NCBI GenBank assembly: GCA_963822445.1
Contig: CAWGHO010000002.1
Span: 96,001 to 160,000 of the forward strand
From: an uncultured Acidobacteriota bacterium
GTDB taxonomy: Bacteria; Acidobacteriota; Thermoanaerobaculia; Gp7-AA8
DNA length: 64,000 bases
Reading direction: 5' to 3'
In this document: positions 34,898-44,134 of the stretch, piece after piece
Numbering within the stretch: the stretch's first letter is position 1
Layout: the number at the start of each line of letters is the position of its first letter
Program-made: the position numbers and the translations under genes
The notes under the pieces: model-generated
Databases searched by the model: none
What the model saw: only the letters and a program-made list of their open reading frames with translations
What the model was told of the DNA's origin: nothing

Positions 34898-35971
34898 CTA
34901 CTGCGCCAGAACCGCGCTGGCGTGCTCGCGCGAATGCAGATCGCTGATCTTCGTCCGGATCTTCGTGTCGATCTTGTTCGCCACGAAGTCGCGCGCGACG
35001 CGCACGGCGTTCTTGATGGCCTTCGCGTTCGAGCGCCCGTGGCAGACGATGCAGCCGCCGTTGACGCCGAGGAGCGGGGCTCCGCCGTATTCGGAGTAAT
35101 CGATGCGTTTCTTGAAGTCGTCCATGGCGCCCTTGAGCATCAGCGCGCCAATTTTGCGGGTCGGTGTGCGGGTGAACTCGGCGCGCAGCATCTTGCTGAT
35201 CATCTCGCCCAGGGACTCGCCTGCTTTGAGCACGACGTTGCCGATGAACCCGTCGCAGACGACGACGTCGGCGTTGCCGTTGAAGACGTCGCGGCCCTCG
35301 GCGTTGCCGATGAAGTTCAGGCCGGTCTCTTTCATCACCCGGAACGTTTCCTTGGTGAGCTCGTTGCCCTTGCCTTCTTCCTCGCCGATGGAAAGCAGAC
35401 CGACGCGCGGCTCCGCCGTGCCGAAGATCATCTGAGCGTAGAAGTGGCCCATGACCGCGAACTCGCGGAGGTAGGCGGGCTTGGCGTCGACGTTCGCGCC
35501 GACGTCGAGCAGGACGGTGTGGCCTTTGGCGCTCGGCAGAACCGCGGCCAGCGCGGGCCGGCTCACGCCTTCGATCATCCCCAGGACTTTGTACGCCGAG
35601 GTCATGGCCGCGCCGGTGTGTCCGGCGGAGACCATCGCGTCGGCTTTCCCTTCACCGACGAGGTTCGCGCAGACGCGGACGGACGAATTCCTCTTCCGGC
35701 GCAGAGGCGCCAGAGAGTTATCGGTCATGTCGACGACTTCGCGCGCGTCGGCGATGTCGATGCGCGAAGGTATGGAGCCACCCAGCGCGGCCAGCTTCTC
35801 GCGAATGACTTCTTCGCGGCCGACCAGCGTGATGGCCACCGTCGGGTACTCGCTGATCGCCAGCAGCGCGCCTTTGAGGATCTCGTCAGGCGCGTTGTCG
35901 CCACCCATCGCATCCAACGCGATGCGGCAGCCGGCACGGCCGGCAGCGTCGGTTGCCATAGGCTCAGCCAC
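34898..35971 (-). CDS. plsX: Phosphate acyltransferase PlsX
   Basis: IALDAMGGD, SAGHTGA, LDVGAN, DGFIGN, GGAPLLG. Start may be ATG 35959. Confidence 0.96.
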   Translation of the reverse strand: MAEPMATDAAGRAGCRIALDAMGGDNAPDEILKGALLAISEYPTVAITLVGREEVIREKLAALGGSIPSRIDIADAREVVDMTDNSLAPLRRKRNSSVRVCANLVGEGKADAMVSAGHTGAAMTSAYKVLGMIEGVSRPALAAVLPSAKGHTVLLDVGANVDAKPAYLREFAVMGHFYAQMIFGTAEPRVGLLSIGEEEGKGNELTKETFRVMKETGLNFIGNAEGRDVFNGNADVVVCDGFIGNVVLKAGESLGEMISKMLRAEFTRTPTRKIGALMLKGAMDDFKKRIDYSEYGGAPLLGVNGGCIVCHGRSNAKAIKNAVRVARDFVANKIDTKIRTKISDLHSREHASAVLAQ

Positions 35972-36102
35972 TAGTCCTGCCTGAATATCACGTTACGTAT
36001 CACGCACGAAATGTCAGGCGCGTTGCGCCGCCCGAAGCCGCTGCCCGCGAAGCACCGGAATCGTGCCGAAGGCGCAGCAACGAGCGCAGCCGGCCGTGCC
36101 GG

Positions 36103-36285
36103 CTACAGGACGTCCTTGACGACGACTTCGCGGCCTTTGTAGTACCCGCATTTCGCGCAGACGCGATGCGGCTCTTTGGCCTCATGGCACTGCGGGCAGG
36201 TGGAAAGCGACTTCAGTTTGAGGAAGTCGTGCGCCCGGCGGGTGCGGGTTCTCGCCTTCGAATGGCGGCGTTTTGGATTTGGCAT
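36103..36285 (-). CDS. rpmF: 50S ribosomal protein L32
   Basis: MPNPKRRHSK, CPQC...HRVCAKCGYY. Confidence 0.97.
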   Translation of the reverse strand: MPNPKRRHSKARTRTRRAHDFLKLKSLSTCPQCHEAKEPHRVCAKCGYYKGREVVVKDVL

Positions 36286-36307
36286 CGTTGACTCCTGTTG
36301 ATGAAAA

Positions 36308-36868
36308 CTAAATGTCTTTTTTCTTCGCGAGCGCGTCCCGAATGTCCTTCAGCGCGCCCCACCGCTCGTCGGTGATGGATTGATCGCACGAGCATTTCTC
36401 GCGCGACCGGTTTGCGCCGCAGTGCGGACAGAGGCCGAGACACGATTCCTCGCATAACGGCTTCATCGGGATTGAAAGCTGAACCTGTTCGAGAGCGAGA
36501 TCGCGAAGAGGGATCGTCCGTTCCGAGTAGAACTCGACGTCCAGCTCTTCTTTGTCGGTGATCTCGATCTCCTCGCCTTCCCGGGAGACCTGAGGACGAG
36601 GGCGAAATCTTACGTGAAAGCTCGAAGTATTGGCAAACGGAAAGGGCTCGACGCAGCGCGAGCACTCCATATCCGCGGTCATCGTCGAGGTCCCCTCCGC
36701 CACATACTCGGCCTCGGCATCCCCGTTCCGGACGGTCGCCTCGATCTTGACGCTGCCGGACGTGATGACCTCGTGACGGTCGAGATCCTTGGTGAAAACG
36801 TCATACGTCCCGCTGTAGGTTTGCGGCCCGTGCTCGTCGATGACGTCGAATTGGATGGTGTCGTTCAT
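36308..36868 (-). CDS. yceD: YceD/DUF177 protein
   Basis: CSRC, PMKPLCEESCLGLCPHCG, DERW; directly upstream of rpmF. Start ATG 36868. Confidence 0.9.
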   Translation of the reverse strand: MNDTIQFDVIDEHGPQTYSGTYDVFTKDLDRHEVITSGSVKIEATVRNGDAEAEYVAEGTSTMTADMECSRCVEPFPFANTSSFHVRFRPRPQVSREGEEIEITDKEELDVEFYSERTIPLRDLALEQVQLSIPMKPLCEESCLGLCPHCGANRSREKCSCDQSITDERWGALKDIRDALAKKKDI

Positions 36869-36917
36869 GGTGAGGGGGAAGCCCCAGAGTGCCCCGTAAC
36901 TCGCTGAGGCTGCAAAT

Positions 36918-38138
36918 CTATTTCGATGCAATGCGCACGCGCAACTCCTCGAATCCGCCGGCGGTCGAGGCCGCGGCCTCGATCGATTCGGCCTGTTCGA
37001 GAGCGGAAATCCAGCGGCGGAGGTCGCGGGCGGCCCGGTGGAGCCGGCCTGAGGCGATGCGGAGGCCGGTGCTGTCCCCCATTTTTTCGAGAACTGGGAC
37101 CAGTTTGGCGGGGTCGATCCGCGCGGCCCAGCTCGTCGCCGGCCAGGTCGCCGGGACGGTCGCATCCTTTAAATATAGGGGGATGCTCTTGCGGTCGAAC
37201 GCGACGAGTAGCTCCTTGCCGGTGTCTTCGGTCTGCCCGACGAGCTCAGCCATGCGCATGACGTCGGCCATCGCCGCGCGGCGGGCATCGGAGGCCGGAA
37301 CGGACACGAGACCCTTTGGCCGGGGGAGCAGTGTTCCGGTGTCGACGTCGTAGACGGTGATCGATCCGCCGCCCGAGGTCAGCTCGGCGACGTTCGTTCC
37401 GGTGAGACGTTGAAGGTCGCCGAGAATTCGGGGTGGCTCGTTGAAGGTGACGGCCAGCATCGCGGTTTGAGGGAAACGGGCCGCGAGTGGGGTGGTGGCT
37501 GGCGCCTTGTCCGTCGCAGCCCGCGAGACCGTCAAAATCTCCTTCTCTGACACTTTCACCGAGCTCACCGCGGGCCGGCCGATCGGTGGAAACGCGCCGC
37601 GGGTGCGATTGCGCTGCACGACGAACACGTCGCCGGCGGGCAAGCCGGAGGCGAGCGCGAGAATCTTCTCGATCTCATTCGGATCGATCGGCGCGCCGCC
37701 ATCACCGTTCATGACGAAGGCCGTTCCGTCCCAGCGCGCGTCGACGTTGCCGCTCGCCCACATCATCCAGATGCGGACGAGAAAGGCGCGGATGGTATCG
37801 ACGCGGATCGCGTAGCTCGTCCTCTTGCCGTTGCGCCAGGCGAGGATGTCCGCGCCGCCGAGCATCCACGGCTGGGGCATGCTCTCCTTCTCCGTCCATT
37901 CCGAGACCGGACCGCGCGTCACCGGGTTCGCGAGCAGCTTGCGATGCATGACCGCCGTGGTGGGAATGAGCGCGAAGGCATCGGCGCCCGCGGGAACGCG
38001 AGCGAGCAGCGCACGTTGATCGGCGGTGATGGGGAACTGAATGCCCGCGGATTCCTTCGGCGTCGTCGCGACGAGATACACCGCGATCGCACCTGCGAGC
38101 AGGCCGAGGACCAGGACGAGAACGAGGAGGGTACGCAT
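36918..38138 (-). CDS. Membrane-anchored hypothetical protein
   Basis: 406-aa ORF with an N-terminal TM segment; no family recognised. Confidence 0.7.
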   Translation of the reverse strand: MRTLLVLVLVLGLLAGAIAVYLVATTPKESAGIQFPITADQRALLARVPAGADAFALIPTTAVMHRKLLANPVTRGPVSEWTEKESMPQPWMLGGADILAWRNGKRTSYAIRVDTIRAFLVRIWMMWASGNVDARWDGTAFVMNGDGGAPIDPNEIEKILALASGLPAGDVFVVQRNRTRGAFPPIGRPAVSSVKVSEKEILTVSRAATDKAPATTPLAARFPQTAMLAVTFNEPPRILGDLQRLTGTNVAELTSGGGSITVYDVDTGTLLPRPKGLVSVPASDARRAAMADVMRMAELVGQTEDTGKELLVAFDRKSIPLYLKDATVPATWPATSWAARIDPAKLVPVLEKMGDSTGLRIASGRLHRAARDLRRWISALEQAESIEAAASTAGGFEELRVRIASK

Positions 38139-38160
38139 GCTGCGATAGGATCGCGCGCCG

Positions 38161-39366
38161 ATGTCGCTGCTGCCGACGCTCGAGGTGATCGTTCACACTC
38201 TACGCCATGCATTCGCCGATCGCGCGCGGCGGGCCTGGCGCGCGGCCGTTCATCGCGACAAGAAGTTACGCATCGGCGTCGACATCCGCCCGTTCTACGA
38301 GCCGCTGACCGGCGTTGGCTGGTATCTCTACTACCTCCTGCACGAGCTGGCGAAGCGCGATGACGTCGACCTGTATCTCTTCGGCGATGCGCGTGTGACC
38401 GATCTCGGCCCGAAGCTGCATGCGGACCTGCCGAAGAACGCGCGCTACTGCACGTTCGATCTGCGCGGGTTGCCGGTGTCGGGCCTCGCGCGACCGTTGA
38501 CCGCCGCGGCGTACGTCGGATGGATGGCGCTGACGGACTGCGACGTCTTCTTCGGCGCGAACTATTTCCTGCCGCGGCTGCACGGCGCGATCGCGAAGCG
38601 GCGGGTGATCACCATCCACGATCTGACCTACAAACGCTTTCCGGAGCTGCTGCAGAAGGAGACGCTGGAGAGTCTCGAGCGTCACGTGTCCCGCGAGATC
38701 GCCATCGCCGACGCGATCATCTGCGTGTCGGAATCGACGCGACGCGATCTGCTGCGGTTTTACCAGGTCGATCCCGCACGCGCCGTCGCCATTCACTCGG
38801 GTCTCGGCACGCCGGCGACCGCGGAGCCTGTCGAAGGTCTGCCCGCGCGCTACATCCTCTTCGTCAGCACCATCGAGCCCCGCAAGGACCTCGGCACCCT
38901 CATCGACGCCTTCGAGCGCCTGCGCGATTACCCGGGGTCGCTGGTGATCGTGGGCAAGGTGGGGTGGAAGTCGGAGCATTTGATTCCTCGCCTGCGCGGA
39001 CCGCGAATCGTGCACCTCGACTATTTGCCAGCGTCTGAGCTGGCGACGGTGTACCGGAGCGCCGAGGTGTTTGTGTTCCCGTCGCTGTACGAGGGTTTCG
39101 GATTCCCGCTGCTCGAAGCAATGGTGAGTGGAGTGCCGACGATTGCGGCGCGGTCTTCGTCCTTGCCGGAGATTGGCGGCGATGCGGCGCTGTACTTCGA
39201 GCCCGGCGATGCCGGGGAACTGGAAGAGCAGCTGCGCCGCCTTCTCGGCGACGAGGTCCTGCGCAATGAGCTCATCGACCGCGGGCGGCGGCGGGCGGCG
39301 GCGTTCCGGTGGGAGGAGGCGGCAAAGAGGACGCTCGAAGTTTTTCGTCGCGTCGCGAACACGTAG
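38161..39366 (+). CDS. GT4 glycosyltransferase
   Basis: ITIHDL, IEPRKD, FPSLYEGFGFPLLEAM. Confidence 0.92.
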   Translation: MSLLPTLEVIVHTLRHAFADRARRAWRAAVHRDKKLRIGVDIRPFYEPLTGVGWYLYYLLHELAKRDDVDLYLFGDARVTDLGPKLHADLPKNARYCTFDLRGLPVSGLARPLTAAAYVGWMALTDCDVFFGANYFLPRLHGAIAKRRVITIHDLTYKRFPELLQKETLESLERHVSREIAIADAIICVSESTRRDLLRFYQVDPARAVAIHSGLGTPATAEPVEGLPARYILFVSTIEPRKDLGTLIDAFERLRDYPGSLVIVGKVGWKSEHLIPRLRGPRIVHLDYLPASELATVYRSAEVFVFPSLYEGFGFPLLEAMVSGVPTIAARSSSLPEIGGDAALYFEPGDAGELEEQLRRLLGDEVLRNELIDRGRRRAAAFRWEEAAKRTLEVFRRVANT

Positions 39367-39449
39367 TCTCAAAGTCGCAAAGTCTCAAAGTCGTAAAGAG
39401 GTGATGGCGTCTACACTTTGAGACTTTGAGACTTTGAGACTTTGCGACT
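39365..39449. repeat. Inverted repeat with four AGTCTCAA-type octamers per arm
   Basis: AGTCTCAA AGTCGCAA AGTCTCAA AGTCGTAA AG at 39365-39398; 17-nt spacer; CT TTGAGACT x3 TTGCGACT at 39416-39449. Confidence 0.9.
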
Positions 39450-40437
39450 CTTAATCGACGGCCGCCCCCTCGTCGGAAATCGCACCGGCATCGGCGTGCA
39501 CACCGCGGAGATCGCGGGGCGGCTGCACGAGTCGCCGCTGATCGCCTCGCACGCCGTCATCGAGAACCGGCAGGGGCTGGAGAACGCCGCGTTTCGCGTC
39601 GATCACTCGCCGTTCGGATTGCTCTGGCAGCAGACCATCCTTCCGGAGATCAAATGCGAGGTCCTGTGGGGTCCGCACGGAACGCTGCCTTTCACCTGGA
39701 AGAGGCCCTCCGTGGTCACGGTCCACGACTTCACCTCCATCACCATGCCCGGACGGCACCGGCTGAAGACGATCCTGTCGTTCAACCTCTTCATCGGGCG
39801 GAGCCTGGAAATCGCAACGCGCGTGGCCTGCGTATCACGTGGCGTGGCGGATGAGGCGATACGGGGCTTCGGTGTTCCCGCGGACAGGATCGAGATCGTG
39901 CCGAACGGCGTCGATGGGTTTTTCTCGCCTGGCGGTGAGGAAGGTGACTACATCCTCTTCACCGGCACGATCGAGCCGCGGAAGGGGATCGACGATCTGT
40001 TTGCGGTCTGGTGGTCGCTGCCGGAGCCACGGCCGCGGCTCGTTCTGGCCGGCGATGCCGGCTGGAAAACAAGAGTGCCGGACGGCGCGGAAGTCCTGGG
40101 CTACGTCACCCGCGAGCGTTTGCGCGACCTGTATCGCGGCGCGCGCGTCTTCGTTTACCCCTCGCGCTACGAAGGATTCGGCATCCCGCCGCTCGAGGCC
40201 ATGGCCTGCGGCGCGCCGGTGATCGCCACGCGCACCGGGGCGATTCCCGAATTCGCCGGCGATGCGGCGGTGCTCATCGAGCCCGGCGATCTCGACGCGC
40301 TCCGCTCGTCGCTGATCCGGCTCCTCGGCGACGCGAATCTGCGCCGCGACCTTCGCGCGCGCGGTCCCGAGCGCGCGAAGCTGTACGACTGGAACCGCAG
40401 CGCAACGCTGATGACGGAGCTGCTGCGATGCGGATAG
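39442..40437 (+). CDS. GT4 glycosyltransferase
   Basis: IEPRKG and YPSRYEGFGIPPLEAM. The TTG start lies inside the repeat arm. Confidence 0.9.
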   Translation: MRLLIDGRPLVGNRTGIGVHTAEIAGRLHESPLIASHAVIENRQGLENAAFRVDHSPFGLLWQQTILPEIKCEVLWGPHGTLPFTWKRPSVVTVHDFTSITMPGRHRLKTILSFNLFIGRSLEIATRVACVSRGVADEAIRGFGVPADRIEIVPNGVDGFFSPGGEEGDYILFTGTIEPRKGIDDLFAVWWSLPEPRPRLVLAGDAGWKTRVPDGAEVLGYVTRERLRDLYRGARVFVYPSRYEGFGIPPLEAMACGAPVIATRTGAIPEFAGDAAVLIEPGDLDALRSSLIRLLGDANLRRDLRARGPERAKLYDWNRSATLMTELLRCG

Positions 40438-41459
40438 GCATCGACGCGCGGAAGATCGCCGACTTCGGAATCGGCACCTACATCCGCGGTCTGCTGCGGG
40501 AGATGCCCGGCGAGTACGTCGCCTTCGCGCCGAAGGATGCGCCGGTTCCGGCGGGCCTCGAGCACATCGCCGTCGATGCGCCTCACTACTCGATTCGCGA
40601 GCTCCTCGCGGTCGGACGCGCCGCCGATCGCGCGGGCCTCGACCTCTTTCACGCGCCGCACTACGTCGTCCCGTTCACGAAAGTGCCGATCGCGGTCACC
40701 ATCCACGACCTCATTCATCTCCATCAGCCGATGCGGAATCCGCTCGCGCCGCTTTACGCGCGGACGATGATCCGGCGGGCCATCCGCAACGCGCGGGTGG
40801 TGCTGACCGTGTCCGAGGCGGTGAAACGGGAGCTGGAGTCGGAGCTTGGGGCGAAGCGGGTGGTGGTCACTCCGAACGGGATCGACGAAGCGTTTTCCCC
40901 GAAAAAGGCAGCAAAAACGCACTTCCTATATGTCGGTAACGATAAGCCACACAAGAATGTGGACGCTCTGGTTGACGCATTTGTACGCGTTCGAACCGAA
41001 GTCGCCGATGCCACGCTGATCCTGGCCGGTGCCCCGTTCAACCGCTTTCGCGGCCGCGACGGCGTGATCGCTCGCGGGTTCGTGAACGACGAAGACCTGG
41101 TGAACCTTTACCGCGGCGCCATCGCGCTGGTGATGCCGAGCCACGAAGAAGGGTTCGGATTGCCGGCGGCGGAGGCGATGGCCTGCGGTGCGGCGGTGAT
41201 CACTTCGCTCGCGCCGGCGTTGGTGGAGATCACCGGCGAGGCCGCCCTGCACGTCGATGCGCGATCGATCGTTGCGCTGGCGACGGCGATGACGCGCGTC
41301 GCGCGCGATGCTTCGTTGCGCGATCGACTCGCCGCGCGCGGCGTCGAGCGCGCGCGATTCTTCACCTGGAAACGCTGCGCGGAGATCACGCGAAGCGCCT
41401 TCGAAGAGGTCCTTCAGCGTGGAACATCGTGGAACAAGGAGTCCGAATTACGATTTTGA
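40428..41459 (+). CDS. GT4 glycosyltransferase
   Basis: MRIGIDAR, GIGTY, KPHKN, EEGFGLPAAEAM. Start ATG 40428. Confidence 0.9.
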   Translation: MRIGIDARKIADFGIGTYIRGLLREMPGEYVAFAPKDAPVPAGLEHIAVDAPHYSIRELLAVGRAADRAGLDLFHAPHYVVPFTKVPIAVTIHDLIHLHQPMRNPLAPLYARTMIRRAIRNARVVLTVSEAVKRELESELGAKRVVVTPNGIDEAFSPKKAAKTHFLYVGNDKPHKNVDALVDAFVRVRTEVADATLILAGAPFNRFRGRDGVIARGFVNDEDLVNLYRGAIALVMPSHEEGFGLPAAEAMACGAAVITSLAPALVEITGEAALHVDARSIVALATAMTRVARDASLRDRLAARGVERARFFTWKRCAEITRSAFEEVLQRGTSWNKESELRF

Positions 41460-41471
41460 TAAACAAATCGC

Positions 41472-41500
41472 TTGACAATATCGATTAACGAATCTATTTT
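41472..41500 (+). promoter_or_regulatory. Sigma70-type promoter
   Basis: Consensus TTGACA-17 nt-TATTTT in an AT-rich patch. Confidence 0.7.
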
Positions 41501-41696
41501 TTGTCCAGTTAACAAATGATGATCGCCAGCGTGAAGAAAAAAGATTCAAGCTCGTCGCAGGTCATCAGCCCCCGTCTCTCCCCTTTCCCCTTCCCCGCTT
41601 TCGATACGGTCAACGAGTTAGCCGGAGCGATCCGGCGTGTTATGCCAAGAAGCGCGATCGGGAGATCCCGTACGGCATGAAAGGTGGTGAGCACTA

Positions 41697-41768
41697 ATGG
41701 CTGCGAAGAAGAAAGCCGCTGCGAAGAAGTCCACCGGTGGCAGTAAGAAGTCCTCGAAGAAGAAATAA
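41697..41768 (+). CDS. 23-aa Lys-rich micro-protein (MAAKKKAAAKKSTGGSKKSSKKK)
   Basis: SD-like AAGGTGGTGA 6 nt upstream, AAG-rich codons, promoter upstream and terminator downstream. Confidence 0.6.
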   Translation: MAAKKKAAAKKSTGGSKKSSKKK

Positions 41769-41803
41769 GCGATCATCACCGAACTTTTGGGGAGTCGTAT
41801 CTC

Positions 41804-41835
41804 GTAGGGCCGGCGCAAGCCGGCCCTACTATTTT
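41804..41835 (+). terminator. Intrinsic terminator with GCAA tetraloop
   Basis: GTAGGGCCGGC-GCAA-GCCGGCCCTAC-TATTTT. Confidence 0.8.
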
Positions 41836-41873
41836 CCGCGCAACTTTCCAACCCCAGCCGCGTAACTCTCTTC

Positions 41874-42536
41874 ATGCGTCACTCCCTTTTCCTCGCCACC
41901 ACGCTCGTCTTCGCCACCTCCGCTCTCGCCGCCGACGTCGAACACGCCTTCCAGGCCACCGCGCCCCGCGGCAAGGTCCAGCGCGTCGTGATCGACATCC
42001 CCTTCGGCAGCTTCACCGTCCGCAACGGATCCGCCGACCGCATTGCCCTCTCCGGCATCGCCTCGCGCGACTACGACGGAGCGAAGGAGAGGACGTGGGC
42101 GCAGGACGTCGTGAACGACACCAGCGTCGAGATCTACGTGAACGGCAGTGAAGCCATCCTCCGCCGGAAGTTCGGCAAGAGCGCGGACAGCTTCCGCGCC
42201 CGCAAGTTCACCGGCATCGACATGCACATCGAACTGCCGCCCGGCGTCGACGTGGAGTTCGAGACGTCCGCGGGTGAAGTCGATCTGGCCGGCACCTACG
42301 GCAACATCGACATCGATCTACGCGCGGGCGAAGTCGAGCTCCGCATTCCGAAAGCGACCGTGCGCGAGCTGAACGCCTCCTGCCGCGTGGGTGAAGTCCG
42401 CGCCCACCTCGGCCACGAGATCGTCAACCGCGAGGGTATCTTCCCCGGCCGCACGAAGTACTTCAACGCCGCGGGAAAGACTCACGTGAGCGTGCACGTG
42501 ACCGCGGGCGAAGTCGACGTCACGCTGACGCCGTAA
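41874..42536 (+). CDS. Exported beta-strand repeat protein (DUF4097/adhesin-like)
   Basis: Signal peptide and repeated xxAGEVxx beta units. Confidence 0.65.
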   Translation: MRHSLFLATTLVFATSALAADVEHAFQATAPRGKVQRVVIDIPFGSFTVRNGSADRIALSGIASRDYDGAKERTWAQDVVNDTSVEIYVNGSEAILRRKFGKSADSFRARKFTGIDMHIELPPGVDVEFETSAGEVDLAGTYGNIDIDLRAGEVELRIPKATVRELNASCRVGEVRAHLGHEIVNREGIFPGRTKYFNAAGKTHVSVHVTAGEVDVTLTP

Positions 42537-43524
42537 CGAATCGCTCCGCCTCTTCGCGGCTCTGCACTTCTCCGCGAATCTGCGCCTCGAGCAGCGCGCG
42601 CTTGATCCTTCCGAGGTCTTTTCCCGGCTCCAGGCCGGTGAGCGCCGCGATCTCTTCGCCGGTGAGCAGCGACCGCGTCGTGAAGTCAGGCCAGTCGAGA
42701 GTGTCGTCGCGCCCCATCGCTCGAAGCACGGCCGGCAACTGCCGCGCAACGGCCTCGCCGGCGTCGTAAAGCTCGATTCGATCGTGGCGATCGACGAGCC
42801 GCCGCAGCGTCGCCGCATCCCCTTTCGGCTCCGGCATTACCAGGGCATACGCGCCGTCGAGCGAGATCTCGTCGATCTGCACGTCCGGCGTGCGCAGGCC
42901 GAGGGCTTCGGCCAGGCCGGTCTCGCGCAGCAGGGCGATCGCTTTTCGCAGGCGGTTCGCCGAGAAGATGACCGACATCTCGTACGCGACGCGCTCCGCG
43001 GCGACGTCGTTGATGCGCGGAGCACGTGCGCGAATCGCGTTCAAGGTCTCGCTCTCGAGCTCGAAGTCGAACCGCACCGCCATCCGCACGCCTTTGAGCA
43101 TCCGTAGCGGATCGTCGTCGAAGTTCGACGCGCGGACCATCCGCACGACGCGCGCTTCCAGATCGCTCTGCCCGTGATGAGGATCGAGCAACTGATCCTT
43201 CGCGAAATCGATGGCCATCGCGTTGACAGTGAAGTCGCGCCGGGTGAGATCGGCGCCGATGTCGTGATGCAGAAGCTCGGTGAAGTCGTAAACGAGATCG
43301 CCGGCAACGACGCGATAGGCGCGCAGATGGTCCTCGTTGCCGAGGGTGATCACGCGCGAGGAGATCTTCCGCGCCGCGGCGAGCGGATCGACGCAGGCAA
43401 TGTCGATGTCGGCCGGGGCGATGCCGACGATCAGGTCGCGGACGGCGCCGCCGACGATGTAGCAGGAGGGATCGAGCTTCGCCAGCGCGGGGAAGAGCCG
43501 CGTGAGCGCGTCACGCCACATCAT
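42520..43524 (-). CDS. Class II tRNA nucleotidyltransferase (possibly CC-adding)
   Basis: VGGAVRD..DID, DLTRRDFTVNAM, DDPLRMLKGVR, ERVAYE. Confidence 0.85.
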   Translation of the reverse strand: MMWRDALTRLFPALAKLDPSCYIVGGAVRDLIVGIAPADIDIACVDPLAAARKISSRVITLGNEDHLRAYRVVAGDLVYDFTELLHHDIGADLTRRDFTVNAMAIDFAKDQLLDPHHGQSDLEARVVRMVRASNFDDDPLRMLKGVRMAVRFDFELESETLNAIRARAPRINDVAAERVAYEMSVIFSANRLRKAIALLRETGLAEALGLRTPDVQIDEISLDGAYALVMPEPKGDAATLRRLVDRHDRIELYDAGEAVARQLPAVLRAMGRDDTLDWPDFTTRSLLTGEEIAALTGLEPGKDLGRIKRALLEAQIRGEVQSREEAERFVTASA

Positions 43525-44134
43525 TCCGCAGCACGCCGATCCCCTCGATCTCCACCTCGACCGTGTCGCCGCTCTCCAGCGGCCCGACACCGGCCGGCGT
43601 GCCGGTGAGAATCAGGTCGCCGGACATCAGGGTCATGATCCCGGAGATGAATTCGATGAGGAACGCGCAGTCGAACATCATCTGGTTGGTGTTGCCGTCC
43701 TGGCGGATCTGCCCGTTGACGCGCGTGGTCACGCGCAGATTCGACACATCGAGCTCGGTCTCGATGTGCGGCCCGACCGGGCAGAAGGTGTCGAAGCCCT
43801 TGCCGCGCGTGAACTGCACGTCTTTCTTCTGGAGGTCGCGCGCGGTGACGTCGTTGGCACAGGTGAAGCCGAGGACGTACTCGCGCCAGTCGCTGCGCTT
43901 CACGTTCTTCGCGGTCTTGCCGATGACGATCGCCAGCTCCCCTTCATGGTCGACGCGGTTCGATGCGGCGGGCCGCACGATCGTTCCACCCGCCGCGAGC
44001 AGTGCGCTGGGCGGCTTGAGAAACAGGATCGGCTCGGACGGCGCCTCGTTGCCGAGCTCTTTCGCATGCTCGGCGTAGTTGCGGCCGACGCAGACGATCT
44101 TCGTGGGAGTGATTGCGGAAAGGGCGATCTTCAC
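43511..44134 (-). CDS. Fumarylacetoacetate hydrolase family protein
   Basis: KIVCVGRNYAEH, HEGEL, NDVTARD, KGFDTFCP, GDLILTGTP. Confidence 0.93.
   Translation of the reverse strand: MKIALSAITPTKIVCVGRNYAEHAKELGNEAPSEPILFLKPPSALLAAGGTIVRPAASNRVDHEGELAIVIGKTAKNVKRSDWREYVLGFTCANDVTARDLQKKDVQFTRGKGFDTFCPVGPHIETELDVSNLRVTTRVNGQIRQDGNTNQMMFDCAFLIEFISGIMTLMSGDLILTGTPAGVGPLESGDTVEVEIEGIGVLRNDVA

Noticed and set aside
35972-36102. Possible structured RNA or operator between rpmF and plsX (hairpin, CGTGATA direct repeat)
   Set aside because: It matches no RNA family I recognise; a short GC hairpin and a 7-bp repeat are too weak without comparative data.
41516-41680. 54-codon uORF as a protein gene
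   Set aside because: It has no SD, atypical codon use and no motif; kept only as a note in the micro-protein finding.
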